From Tubiluchus corallicola (taxonomy: Eukaryota; Animalia; Priapulida): a stretch of 64,000 nt of DNA. Below, in pieces: positions 49,260 to 62,900 of this stretch. Below the pieces are notes generated by a model. That model was not told where the DNA came from, searched no databases, and saw nothing but the letters and a program-made list of their open reading frames with translations. The translations under genes were made by a program, and so were the position numbers. The number at the start of each line of letters is the position of its first letter. The first letter of the stretch is position 1. The stretch covers positions 1 to 64,000 of the forward strand of contig JAQGDQ010000830.1 of assembly GCA_030141605.1 (NCBI GenBank), in the 5' to 3' direction.

Positions 49260-52200
49260 ATTAGTCGAACAGGAAAAAAATCAAGCAAAGTTACGTCATA
49301 TATTATAATGGTTACTAGAGAATCAAGAATATGTAGTGCAAAAGTCTGTATTAGACAAACTGTCCAAAATGGACTTGGAAATAGGAAAAATACGAGACAA
49401 TTTAACGAAAATGTCAAACAAACAAAAAGCGTCTTATAGCTCAGTGGTGTGGGAAAGCAGAAGAAAGCGGCAATCTACCGTCATGGTTAAAACTGCTAGT
49501 GAGGGAAAATCCACAAACAGAATTAGCCGCAAACCTGAAAGTGCAATGACAGATATGCATTATAAACCCGAGTACACTGTGATTATTGAAAATGTCACTG
49601 AGAGAAAAATTGGGAAAAATAGTATGAGTATTAAGAAACATATAAGTGAAGTATTTCCTAGAGTTAGATTTGACACGGCATATAAAACAGCGAGAGGAAA
49701 GATACAGCTTCAACTTAAGAATGAAGATGATGCAAATGCAATAGTAGGTGGTTGGCAAGCTAAATTCTTAGGTACAAACACAGTGGCTTGAAAGACAAAA
49801 TTAAATGCCGTGGGCATCCTGAAAGATGAAAGATACATCTTTGACAGATGGGGAGGTAGAAGAAGAAATTATCGCAATATTTCGAGGTGTCAAAGTTGAC
49901 AGGTTGACGAGATGCCAAGACAAAACCCCATTGCCATTAGTCAAAGTCAGTTTTCCTTCAGATAACGATCTGGATTTAGCAATCAGAGAAGGCATACCAT
50001 TTGGGAATATATACAGTAGAGAAATTCATCTTCAAAAATGACCATTATTATGTCATAGATGTTACTCTTTTGGTCATGTGGCTAAATTGCTGTGACCATA
50101 AAACTGTATGCGGAAAGTGTGCAATGAATTATAGCTCGAATGCATGTCAGACAGACAGAATGAAGTGTAAAAATTGTAAGAACGAACACCAACCTTGGTC
50201 TCGTGATTGCCCAATTTACAAACAACAGGAAGACCAGTTAAATGGATACCATGAGGAGTACATTCAAGATGGCTAGTTCAAGCAAACGTTTAAAAGTTTG
50301 CCGATTAATAGTAACAGTTTTCCTGTGGGTCCAAAATGGCGATTGAAAAGTTTGTGAATGAGAATAACGGTGATGCAATTGCTGTATAAGAAACTAAAGT
50401 AATTGAAAAGGATTTGGGTGAAATATCTTTAACTAATTATAATAGTTTTGCGAAAGCTTCTAGGGGATACCCGGGTGAATGCGCTGTACTAATTAGAAAA
50501 AGCATTACTTGCTGTCGAGTACGAGAGTTTGAGCTTCCGGAACTGGATTCAGTATGGATAACAATGCAAGCATATGGTGACAAATATTTAATGAATTCAA
50601 TATATGTGACACCAAACTCAAAAGAATTGTTACAAAAATATATATAAAATAACGCTGGAGACGCCCAAAAGTTTGCTAATACTCATGGAATACGTAACTT
50701 AATATCTATTGATGATCTTAATGCTCGCAGTTACCAATGGGGGTGTAAATTCTAATGAACATGGGCTATTAATAGTAGATCTACTAACTGATATTAGCTT
50801 GGACTTAACAATACTTGTTGCCAACACTGAGAAGTTCAGTTCTATAACTGGCAAAAGTATTATAGATGTTATTATAACAAATAATTTTACAACAGCAAAA
50901 GTTTTATCTCATACAGTAGACAAAGATGTAGAACTTTTTGCCGGGTTCCCACAATGGGGCATTATCCTGTTAGAACAGAGTTTAATGTAAATCGGAGCAG
51001 GCTAAACAACCGACGTACGAGATTTGACTACAAGCGAAGCAACTGGATGTTTTGGAGGAGAGAATGAGAGCAGTATATCCGACAGTCACAACGGAGCTAC
51101 AAAACGAAAATGCCAATAACGTGTGGGCGTTATTTTTAAACGCTATTCAGGAAACCAACAATGAAGCCTTGGTAACAAAAACGATTTCGGCACACAGTAA
51201 ACCCTTCTGGACACCTCAGCTGTCAGTGCTTTCCAGCGAATTACGAGAACTGAAAAGAGCCTACAAACAGCATTCTAATTACATAAACCTAAATGCCTAC
51301 CAGAGTAAAAAAGAACAATTGCAAAACAAACAAATTATCCAAAATACTGCAGTTTTAAATGAGAGAAAATGACTTTTGGAAAACTTATTGGAAAGTGTTT
51401 GGAGATAGCAGTGAGAACGGTGTAGATATTCTAAAGGTAAATGATGTTTATTATACAGACGAAAACGATAAAAGTTGGATATTGTATGAAACATTTTTCA
51501 ATGGTAGTCATGTAAACAATAATGCTTTTGATTATGCTTCGTTTGAATATGTAGAAAATGATGTAGCTGAAGCAATTAATTTAAATAAAAAAACTAATAG
51601 TGGTTTAACGAAAATTTGGCAATAGTTAAACTCACCTTTGCGATAAAAAACATTAAGGTTTCTAATAAAAGCATTGACTGTGATGGATGTCACCCACTCA
51701 TGTTGAAACACATGGGTTTCTGTGGGAAGAGCTTATTATTAAACCTAGCTAGCTTTAAAAACTGGTAAATGGCCGTGGAACAGCGCAAAATTGATATTCT
51801 TCCGTAAAGATGGAAGAAACGATTACAGTGACCCATCAAATTATAGGCCAATTACGTTTGGCATGATTATGGCAAAATAGTATAGAAAAACTCATAGAGA
51901 TCAGATTGAGAACCTGCTTAAATAACAGCAACATTTTAGATCAAGAGCAGGAAGGATTTCAACCCTTGCGTAGCACAAATCGGTATCTGCTTTGACTAGT
52001 TTCCGCTATTGAAAGAAACAGGCTTCAAAACAGTCCCGGAATTGCAGTCTTTTGTCACTTCACAAAGGCCTTCGATAGCATTTGGGTGAACAGTTTAATA
52101 TTTAATATTTAATAATAACAGGTTAAGTTTGCCCAAGCAGGCAGGCTTTTGAAACTGATTTGCTCATTTATGAAAAACTGGCATATTAAAATACGAATAG

Positions 52201-53600
52201 AAAATTATTTGTCTGAAGAATTGTTGTGTCACGTAGGTGTACCGCAGGGATCTGTCCTGTCACCACAATTGTTTATTCTGTATGTGCCAGATATGTTTAG
52301 TGAAACAGACCCAAACAGAAATGTTTTGAAGTTTAAATTTGCTGATGACGGCACAATTTATGGGTACGCAAACACAAATAACGAATGCTACGAATTGGCT
52401 CAGTTGTCATGTGATAAACTCCATGCCTGGTGTTCTAAATGGAGGCAGATGTTGAACTGTAATTTAAACAAAACAGAAGCTATTGTTTTTGAAAATGATG
52501 AAAATTCCAGCTTGCCATAATTACGTTTTGGTAACGAAGAGATAAATTATGTTAATAACATGAAAGTGCTTGGAATTATTGTCGATAAACATATGAATTT
52601 TAATAGCCATACTTCTAGAACCAGGCAAAGTGTTTGGAAGAAGTGGGCTAAACTCAAGAGCGTATTTTGTAAAAATAAAGGTTTAAGAATGACAACCATT
52701 ATCAGATTATTCCAATCTGTTCTGATGTCAAGTATATTTTATGATGCGCCGAGCTGGATGAACAGAAAGCTCGGTGATTTTGATGATTTATGGTATGACG
52801 TAATGAAAGCTGCTGCGGGGGTGGGTACGATCACCGGAAATCTGATATTGAATGTATTTGTGGAATGGCTCCAGTAGACATAGTTTTTTCGTACATAGTC
52901 AGTAAACTTATACTAAAAACGTTGAGCTTTATGGATGAGGACTTACTTAAGCAAGAAATACTTATTTGTGAAATAATTGCCTCTAAATCGTCGAATAAAC
53001 AATCACCCTGTAACAATTCATTTGGCTACGGCAAAAACTTTCTTAAAAATATGCAAAGGGCTTAATATGAGAAACGAAAATTTCAGTAACCTGGAGTATA
53101 TTAATTCGCGCTACACCAGACAAGAATGTGTCAAATTTCAAAGCTCGCAACAGAGGCGTAGAATCCAACATAGCAACCAATAGATGGCATAGCCACAGAT
53201 ATTATAACCCCAGAACTAAAGCCACTATAGTTAATCATTTAACAGTAAGCAGAGGTGCGTTGAAACCAAAGCACTAAACTGGTTGTTGACAAGACACGGT
53301 CTTTTTTATACAGTATTGGGGAAGCAGCCACAAATGTTGCGCATGTCATAGTGAGGATGCACAAACTTCTGACCATCTACTCTTTAATTGTAGTTTAGTT
53401 GACCAAGAAGCCAGAAAAAATCTTATCGATGTTCTGCCCAACCGGGAATTAAGAGAGATTTACTTTAAAAGAAATGTACTAGTTTGTGGTAAATTTATAC
53501 AAGTGGTGAAAGACATTATTTACAAAAATCTAATGTAGTTTTTATTACTTCGGGTTAGGTGAGCATATACAATGTGTAAAAAAGTAAGATAAATAAGTTT
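49260..53600 (+). mobile_element. Degenerate non-LTR retrotransposon with gag-like zinc-knuckle ORF1 and APE-RT-CCHC ORF2 (I/Jockey-like superfamily)
   Basis: CHRCYSFGH, CGKC and CKNCKNEHQPWSRDCP knuckles; APE remnants; SKPFWTPQL; NYRPI; GVPQGSVLSPQLFILYV; FADD; C-terminal C..C...DHLLFNC; many stops. Confidence 0.88.
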
Positions 53601-54334
53601 CTATATTTTGTTATAAATATAAGGATGCATAGTAAGCGTAACATAAATATGGGCAAGTTTTCTGAACCATAGTTGCTACTAGTCGTAGTTGTGATTATTC
53701 ATATAGCTTGTACGTGATTGTTGTATTTTGTGTAATTATTTTTCTTGTATCATATGTACAAACAACATCTGAGTATTGCGTGTCAACTTATTCTTACCAT
53801 TGTGTGCAGTAATTCATAATATCTTTTTGTGTGACTTGCTTTTGGATCTAGTTACCTGTGTCACAATATATACTTGTATTTCTTTTGGATGTATTAGATT
53901 GAAATGATACCTTGTATCCTTCTTAACAACACGAACTGTGCCTGCTGCAAATGCAGAATTATGGTAAAACAATAATTGAGCCTTTTACAGTGTTCAAAAT
54001 AACAAAACTGAATGGTGATGATAACGGTTAATCACAGGAGCACAATTCTCTAATTATTTGTTGAGACTAACTTGTTTAAAGCCCAAACTATTACAGTAGC
54101 TTTAAAACCAAAAGTTGTGCCGCCGCTGTTGGTATTCTCAATTGTGTCAATGTTTCTCTATAACATGAGCTTATAAAGGTGTGTTCAATGTCCAATTACG
54201 GATGTGCACTTGTATATATTGAAGTAAGTTACTGTTTAGCGAAGCAAAACTACAAGAAGGCTAAGTGCTAGAGATGCTTCTTCAAAAACTGAAATAATTG
54301 GTCAATTTATAATAATATTTCCAAATATTCTTTA

Positions 54335-55032
54335 AAGCAGAACCGGTCGCAATTTTAAACTGTAGGTCAAAACATCTACTCTTAAAAATATTGAAAGAAA
54401 ACATACTATTTTTTAAAAAATGACTCTTAGGGAAGAATTATTAACACAAAAATACAATTTCACGCTCGCTTTACTTGTTCTTCGCTGTTACATGCACTTC
54501 GCCATTCGCTAGTTAGACGAGCACTACCGCTAGCATTTCGGAAGCGCATTGCTAAAAACAAGTGCTGTGCCTCTCAGTTCAGATGTGTTAGTTTATGACG
54601 AACTACACAAGTTCGGTAGCTCAGGCGTGAGCACAGCGGTAAATTTGAAATTTGAATTTTTATCTTAAAACTTGCTGAGTTTTAGCACAACACACTGAAT
54701 CTCTTACAGTACTGTACATCAATTTTTGCTTTCGCAAACACGTGCAACACGCTCGTGGAATATTTTGTAGTTGAAAATTATGTTAGTTTGTGAGGTCATC
54801 AATAGTTAGGCTTGCCGTTAATTAAGTTTTTAATCTATTATTTAATTATCAGCAACGCTTTTGCAGTATTAATTGTGTTAAAATGTATACTTATCGAACT
54901 TGAAAATAGGGTAGTATATGAAAAATCATCCTGTCTTCGTTTAAATCATTAAACAGTTGAACGGTCAACAACTGATCAATAACATTTACGCAAATTTTAA
55001 ATATAGCAAAAAATAGCATTATAAAAAAATTA
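54335..55032. repeat. Local duplicate block, copy 2 (exon-1 ATG and donor degenerate)
   Basis: Collinear with 35636-36325, same orientation. Confidence 0.88.
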
Positions 55033-56421
55033 AATTATTTTGGATCCAGCTGAATCCCATAAGTTTATAACAGAAAGAGACTGCATGCAAGCACATTAAT
55101 TGAGAATGCCTGCACAACAGCAGAGCGGTAGCTTTTACAACGATAGTACGGTTTATTTAATGATTTATATATAATATTTATATATATAGTATATATATAG
55201 TATATTTAATGCAATATATAGTTTTCTGACTAAGTGACTATATAAACTATATATAGAGACAGAGGTAAGATAATCCATTTGATCTCAAAAAGAAAACATT
55301 AATTACATACCACTAGTGTGAGTGCAAAGGAAAGTGACTTCATTTTGATTTTTTAACTGCTCTGCAAGGTAAAAGAAAATGTTAATTTATTTAATACGTC
55401 GTCGTCACAATTAGTACAATTTCACTGTGAACAATCAGATTAAACTAGGTTTCCTTTTAATGATATTAGTAGCATTAATGATGACAAATTAATGTCAGCT
55501 CTGGTTAAGGCAATTGTTAGTTTCGTTTATGGAGAAAGTACAGCTATTCATAAACAATCAGTTACATCTGAATTTTAGCGCAAGCCTCGATCTTAAGTGC
55601 ATCAAGGATGTTACCAATTGTGCTACCAAAGCTTGAGCATCTGAAAGGAGAACCTCTTTCATTATTTTCTCATTCAACGAACGTCACACAAATGGTTTCA
55701 AATAAACGTGCAGATATGGTTAAGCACTAATTAATTATATAACACATATGATACCCTCACTCAATTGTTCAACTCAGAGCGCTGAGAATTTTTACTTTAT
55801 AAAATTAAGCTTGCTCATTCAATAATATTCTATCGAGCTAGCAACGTACTGAATAGTTTACGACTAGATAAGAAATTTTAATTAGAACAATACCAGTCGC
55901 ATTGCTAAAATTAATCATTTCTATTAATAATAATAATGACAAAAGTAACTATTAAGAATTCGTTTTATCGTTTTATAATGCAAGTTTACACCTGGTTACC
56001 TTTTCTGTTTAATTTATTTTGATCTTTTTAACTGTTTAACTGTATTTTGACTATTTTACAACGTTGCGGTTTACTCACTCACAGTTCTTCTAAACTATTA
56101 TTTCTACACCTATTACCATTATTTGTGATTTTGTTAGATTAATTTGTGTCTTATCATTGCCAGATTGTCGATGAATTTTAAATTGTAATTTATCATTATT
56201 TTGCATGATTAGCTTAGTCATTATATCATCTTATGTTTCATGATTTTCTGATATCTAGATTTTGCATCTTTCTAATTTGATAATGTCAGATTTAGGATGT
56301 ACAGGATCATCTTGTAAAAAAGTTGCTTTGTATTAGCTTTCTGTATAAAAAATGAAATAAAAAGTAACTATAAAATACGCCTGCAACAGTGTGTTTTAAG
56401 AAATTAAAAAAAAAAACTTAC

Positions 56422-56467
56422 CCGCGTACACTATAATTAACAAGCACCAATAGATTTTGTGCGTCAT
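56422..56467 (-). CDS. Candidate signal-peptide exon MTHKIYWCLLIIVYA
   Basis: 46 nt, phase 1, strong donor gtaagt; same length and phase as exon 1 of the 34.5-kb gene; partner exon not certain. Confidence 0.4.
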
Positions 56468-57819
56468 GTCATTTTAGTTTGTTCTTTTATACGTGCGACC
56501 CAGTTTAGTGACATCATTGTAATCATTGTCTCCTTGCTTTCACTTTTCTACTTTTGTTCTAAGCAGGCTAACCGTTAATGCCTCCAGCTTGTGCTAAAGA
56601 TTCTTAAAAGTTCTTGTTCTCTGTGTAGATTTCTGGCATGACTGCGAAATAATTAACCGTTCTTGGGTTTATATTTTTAGTAATTAATATGTTTACGGCT
56701 AAACTGCCGGCGATGTTTTCTTAGTTTGGTCAACAGTTTCGAAAACGGTGCATGTGTAAAGCATGCGACCAGAAATGGTACGGTAATCGGTGCTGGACTT
56801 GGTTGACCCTCAGCTTTCCAGTTGCCTTCCTTCTTCGTCTTCATTCAGCTGTGTAAAATAAGAACCCTGTTGAATTAATTTTAAAAGTTTGTTTTTTTAC
56901 AGAAAATTTTATTACATTTTAATTCATATTTTCCTTGTTTTTTCTTTGTTGTCAAGAAGTCATTTATTCATCATAAAGAGTGATATGTTTTTTAATGTAT
57001 GTTTGTGTGTGAGTGTATGAGGAGGGGGGGGGGAGTTGGTAGTGGTCAGTGTGTGAATTTAGTATCCTCAAAGAGCGTTTGTATCCTCTAGTGACGGACA
57101 AGTATCAGAACAATGAAAAGCAGATAGCTATAGTCATTCTTTACTAAAATTGCAAAATCAACTCGCACTGCTAATCACGCAATTTTTGAACTGCGCCGGG
57201 AATATATTTTTATTCGTTAATTAATTAATTCTGGAGTTAATTCTTTGATTCATTTTTTCTTTCTTCATTTATTCATTTGTTCATACATTAACTCATGCAT
57301 TATTTCCTTCATTCATTTACTTAATTCATTCATACATTCATGCATTTGTTTTAGTATTACTTTATTCGTTTGCTTATTTATTCATCACTGCAACATTGTG
57401 TAAAATGATGACCGATACCTTAGCTTATGCACATTGAACGACGAACCATCATATGCGTGATCTTATGATATTTTATAAATGATGAAACTGGGCATCTCTA
57501 AAGCACTTATAGCGCAAAGAGCCTGTGGCTAGTTGTTGCTCACAAAATGCATGAGTCGATCCTCTCTATTGATCTAGACATTCGTGTGAAGCTCACTGCT
57601 ATTACTAAGTAAAATAACGCTGACTTATTTCTGCCTAATAACTTATGCTAGTTCAAATGTATATTTTCTCACGAAGATTTATAATATAAAAGCGTCAGCG
57701 ATTAGATAAATCGATTAATCTCTCATCTTTTAGGATGCTGTTCTTTCATTTTTATACAGTTTAGCAAGCCATGATTCAGCACTGAATGTAGACGCTTATG
57801 GCAGGACCGGATACGAAGG

Positions 57820-58400
57820 ATAAGCTCGAAAGACATGATTTGTTTTAAATTTGATGGCAGGGTATTCCAAAGTTGAACTCCTTGTTTAGTGATAGAATTG
57901 TTGCAGTATTTGTTATTAGTGCGTATTTGTTTAATATTGTGTGTTCTTGGATTTAATGTTGGCTCCAAGAGGAGTGGAAGCTTATTTTTGACGAAGTGCG
58001 TGTTAATATTGTTGATGCATTTCTATAAAAACAGGATTGTGTAGAAGTCTTTGTGTTCTTGTAAAATAGGGATTTTAAACATTGTTCTTAATTCTGTTGC
58101 AGAGGTTTGATTTGTTATGAGGGACGTTTTATTTGAATAGCCAGCGACTAATCTTAATGCATAATTTTGAAGACTATTTAGTTTGTTATAGCTGTCTCTT
58201 GAAACTTCATAAAAAAGTGTGCATCCTTATAAAAAGTGCGGTGGAATGAGAGTTTTAAAAATTAATAACTTTGTTTGTTTAGTTAGTTGACCTTTTACCT
58301 GCCGTAAGTAAGTTGACCTTTTACCTGCCGGATTTACCGCATGCCATTTTATCGTAAATTTTATTAAAGTGGTTATCCCAAGAAAGTTTGTTATCTACTG
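57820..58400 (-). mobile_element. CR1/L2 LINE 3' fragment related to the 27.9-kb LINE C-terminus
   Basis: QGVQLWNTLPSNLK; LIPPHFL/NYALRLVAGYSNK parallels LILPHYL/DYALRLIHGYSNK; truncated at the nnn. Confidence 0.8.
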
Positions 58401-59380
58401 NNNGACGCTCAGGCTTATTTTAGGCCAGGTTATGTAACTAGTTCCTACTGTTATAATTCCACCATTTATAAAAGAAGTTTAGTTAAGATGTTTAACGATA
58501 TAATGACAGAAGCCAACCTGTTCTGAAATCAAATTTCACCTGTACATTCAATGATACTGTTTATGCATTACTTCTATACCATGTGATTGAAGCCACGTAA
58601 ACGAAATTTTGGCTGTTCAGTTCGCCCCGGGATTCCGCTTGAAGTTGTCGAGTTAAGCGGACGTTCACATGTCATAAAATGATGGTTTAGTAGTAATAGT
58701 GCTTGCTTGTAGAAAAGCGATCTGTCTACCTGGTTACGACAGAGACGATAGTTGCATTCTAGCGATGATACTTACCTGTTGCTGATTATATTTTCCTGAC
58801 GCTGATGATACATCACTTACCAGTTGTCGATCTACTGCTGATGGTACTTACCCGTATTTACCTGATACTGTCGTTGGTGCTTCCATGCTGTGATTGCGGA
58901 ATTGGTGGTCCTTGCCTTGCGGCGAGTGCGGGAGCTTGGATGCAACCCTGTTTTGGCGTCGTGTAAGTGGAGGCGTGTGCATAGGGAGTCGTCGGGGTTT
59001 GGAGACGTCGTCGTCCACGTGGTCAGATCCATCAAGAGGTAGTGTAGTCAACCGTTCTATGGTGCACCATCCCTTGATCAAGCCCCTGGTGAGGAGATGC
59101 CGCGGAATGGGAGCAGGAGAATAGTCACTTGATGATGCCAAGACAGGACTGGTGAAAACGTTACGTTGTTCTTTCTCTTCTTAGCCGGCTTAGTCTTTAT
59201 TATTAACAGTTGTCTCGTAATGTGTTTTGAAACATTCATTAAATTGTTATATTATTTTATTAATTCAGTGGTTTCTTCTCAGTGTTTTCGACTAAGTGTT
59301 TTATTCTTTACCTAAGGGTTACACTTAAGTCACGAACCACATATTTACAATAACGGAACTTGGACTACATCGTCACATTA

Positions 59381-59398
59381 TGGTGTCAGAAGTGGGAT
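59381..59398 (+). promoter_or_regulatory. Primer-binding site complementary to the tRNA-Leu 3' end
   Basis: TGGTGTCAGAAGTGGGAT, 3 nt after the LTR-terminal CA. Confidence 0.85.
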
Positions 59399-59939
59399 TT
59401 TTGACTTTATTTGGTGTAACTCGGTAGGAATAAAATTCTTTGTCAGCATTTTGAGAATTTAATGATATTTACTTTCAGGTAATTAGTTACATAGCTAATT
59501 TTCTGGGGGAATCTTTGGGCAAAAGCATATCGAAAGAACATAGCATCTTCCGTTGAGTGAATTTATTGATTACTCAGTTGAATGTGTTTTGTCCATGATT
59601 TAAATAGGCTTCCTGCAGATTTTGTAAACGCTATAATTCCAGGTGTATGCCGACTTGAATGCCGATTTGTCCTTGATTACACTGTAGACGTTTCAAGTGC
59701 TAGTGAAACCGTTATTTTGTTGCAGGCTAGTCAAAAGTCTTGGCCTAGATTTTGTATATTCCTAGTTTGCTACTTTGTTTGATTTGCACTTACTTTACCC
59801 CTAATATACAGTATTTTTGTATGTCTGTATGCGCTGAGCCAGTGTGGGTCAGTTGAATGATAGATCTATAAATATTCTGCAAGCATAAAGTTTTTTTTTA
59901 CTGTAACTACTATTTGTCCTATATTATCCTGTGATTAGA

Positions 59940-62900
59940 ATGTCACGCGTTTACGTGGAGAGTGAATTGCAGCAACTAACTGTACCTGTCTTAAAGCAGA
60001 TAACTGTTGAACGTAGGCTAACTTTACCACAGGGTACAAATAAGGCCGGAATAATTGATATAATCATGAATGCACAGGGTAACCCTGTGACGACAGGTGA
60101 ACCTAGTGTTAGACCGAAAGAAGTTGGAGGTGTGTCAAGTACACCGAGTGTGTCTGTTGCGCAGATGAGTGGGCGCAGACGTGTGTCTGATCAACTGTTA
60201 GCAACTCCCCCTCCTGCCGACCTTACCTTGCATTCTGCTATTAATGGTAAACCTGCGGATGATGAGATGACAGAACGTTCAGTACCTCTTTACAATATTG
60301 AAAAGTTAAAGTTAGTAGAGCGGCGAGAAAGAGCGTGAATGGGAACGGGAACAGAAACGTGAAGAAAGGCGTGAACGTATGCAACGTGAAGAGAGAGAAT
60401 GGGAACGTGAGCGTGAGGAACGCAGAGAACGAATGCAGAAAGAGCAGTATCAGTTTGAGTTGAAGCTTCGTGAGCTGGATGCCTCATCTCCAAGTCACGT
60501 GACACAGGTTCCTCCTCAATCACCTGATGGCATACTTACTACAACCGCATCTCGAATACCCCGTGTAAAGTTATCACGTGTATTTACAGAGGAAACCGAT
60601 GATCTGCATACTTTCTTACAGTGGTTTGAAGCAGTAGCCAAAGCTAATGGCCTTGAAGAGAAACACTTTGCTGCATCGCTGGGCCCAGCTTTATCCGGAA
60701 AAGCAGCCCAGGCTTTTCAACAAGTACCACTTGACAGCATGCAAGATTACAATGTTTTAAGGAAGACTTTGTTAGCTGCCTATGTCCTCTCCAGTGACAT
60801 GTATCTTGAGCGTTTCCGCAAGATTACTCGGAGACCGGATGAAACATTCCGTCAGCTTTTTGTACGGCTTGATCGTGCCCTGCAAGAATGGCTGAAAGCC
60901 GAAGAAGCGTCCACCTTTGAGAACATTTGTGAACTGCTATGTATTGAGCAGGCCCTTACATTGATGCCCCGTGAAATGAGCATTTGGGTCAGGCAGCAAG
61001 GGCAAAAGACAATGGAAAAGGTGGCAGAGAAAGCCGATTTGTACATTGCTTCTAATGCATTAGGTACAGCTTCAAAACTTAAACCAATGCAACAACAGCG
61101 TGGAAATTTTAGGCCGGCAGTTTTTTCAAATGGTTCTGGAAAAAAGATGAATAATGACGTCATGAAGAAGATACGCTGTAATACTTGCGGAGAACTTGGA
61201 CACAAAAGGACCCAGCGCCCGAAACGCCCTAATTATGGTGAAACTAGTGGCAAGAGTAGAAATCCTAGTCGTCAATTCTTGGCCAAGACAGGAAATACTG
61301 GTCACCAATCCAGTCACTCTACCAGTTCACCTGCGGCTATGCCTGAGTGTGTGCATGAGTCTGATGAGTTTAGCTTTAAAGCTAAAATTAATGGTATCTG
61401 GATTGATGGTATAAGAGATTCTGGTGCTAGCGTGAGTTTGATCCAACCACGTTATGTCCGTCCAGAACAGTTTCTACAAAGTGAAAATTGTACCAAAATT
61501 TGGTGTGTGCATGGCGATGTTAAAAATACACGTGCGGCTGTTGTTGAGGTGGAATGTACACTAGTCAATGGTAGATTGAGAGTGGCAGTGTCTGATAGTC
61601 TTCCTGTGCCCTTTTTGCTAGGTAATGATTACCGAACTGCTGTGACACCATTTAGCATTAAACAGAGTTTTAGTACACCACCTAAGTCAGTTGATTTAGA
61701 ATGTATCACACCTGAAAATTCAGATACGTCACATTGTTCTGATGAACTTGTGAGTGGAAATATAAATGTCGCGAAACAAGCTGGTAATTCGAAAAAAGCT
61801 TTTGCTGTAACCCGATCAAAAGCAAAGCAGCTACAAGCAGAAGCTAACAGCGAGAAACAATTACTAAGTAGTTTAAACGCTGATCAAAATGCGGAAAAAA
61901 ATATTGCATCTGGCATAGCTACTAAAGCACAGCAACAGCAGCTGTTACAGCTTAGTAAAGAACAATTGCAGCAAGAACAGCGCGATGATGTTAGTTTGCG
62001 CAATTTACGTGATCACGCAGTCACAGAAACAGTAGCTCATGCCCAAAGAAAGGGTTACTTCATTAAAGATGGGGTTTTATATTACCTGACACGTGAAAAG
62101 CGCGATGCTGAACCCCGCGAACTTTTGGTTGTACCCAAGTCTAGACGTTTGGCAGTCTTATCTTTGGCACATGATGCGCACATGGCTGGTCACCTGGGCA
62201 TACGTAAAACTACCCAACGTGTTTTACAAGAATGTATTTGGCCTAGAGTTAAACGTTCAGTGATACAATATTGCCGCTCGTGTGTCCCATGTCAGAAAAC
62301 GGCGAGAATTAAACGTTCTGATAAAGCAAAATTAAAGCCATTGTCCATACCTTCGATTGCATTTCGAACTATAGCCATGGATATTATTGGGCCTATGAAG
62401 AGAACACCCTCGGGGAATAAGTACACGTTAGTAATAATAGATCATGCTACGAGGTACCCCGATTGCTACCCGCTGCCAAATATTGAAACCACTACTGTTG
62501 TTAAAGCTTTATTGCAATACATATGTCGACATGGCATCCCGCGTGAGATTTTAACCGACATAGGTACTCAATTCACCTCGCAGTTGATCCATGATTTAGA
62601 ACAGGCCTTGGGTGTAAAGGGAATTTTCACTTCCCCATATAGCCCACAGGGGAATGGGTTAACTGAGAGATTTAATGGCTCATTAAAATCCTGCATTTTA
62701 AAAGTCATGCAAAATGAGAAACATTTACCCTGGGATGAAACTATTCCGTTCATTTTATTTGCTTTCCGGGAAGTACCCCAAGAATCCACTGGGTATGCTC
62801 CATTTCAGCTAGTTTACGGTTTTCCCGTGCGTGGGCCTTTGGCTGCCCTAAAGGAACGTTGGGGCTCTGTAGAAGCTCCTAAGTGGGAGGAAATTGATGA

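Noticed and set aside
58768-58940. U1 snRNA gene
   Set aside because: Only the first 11 nt match; the following sequence does not resemble U1 and lies inside an LTR.
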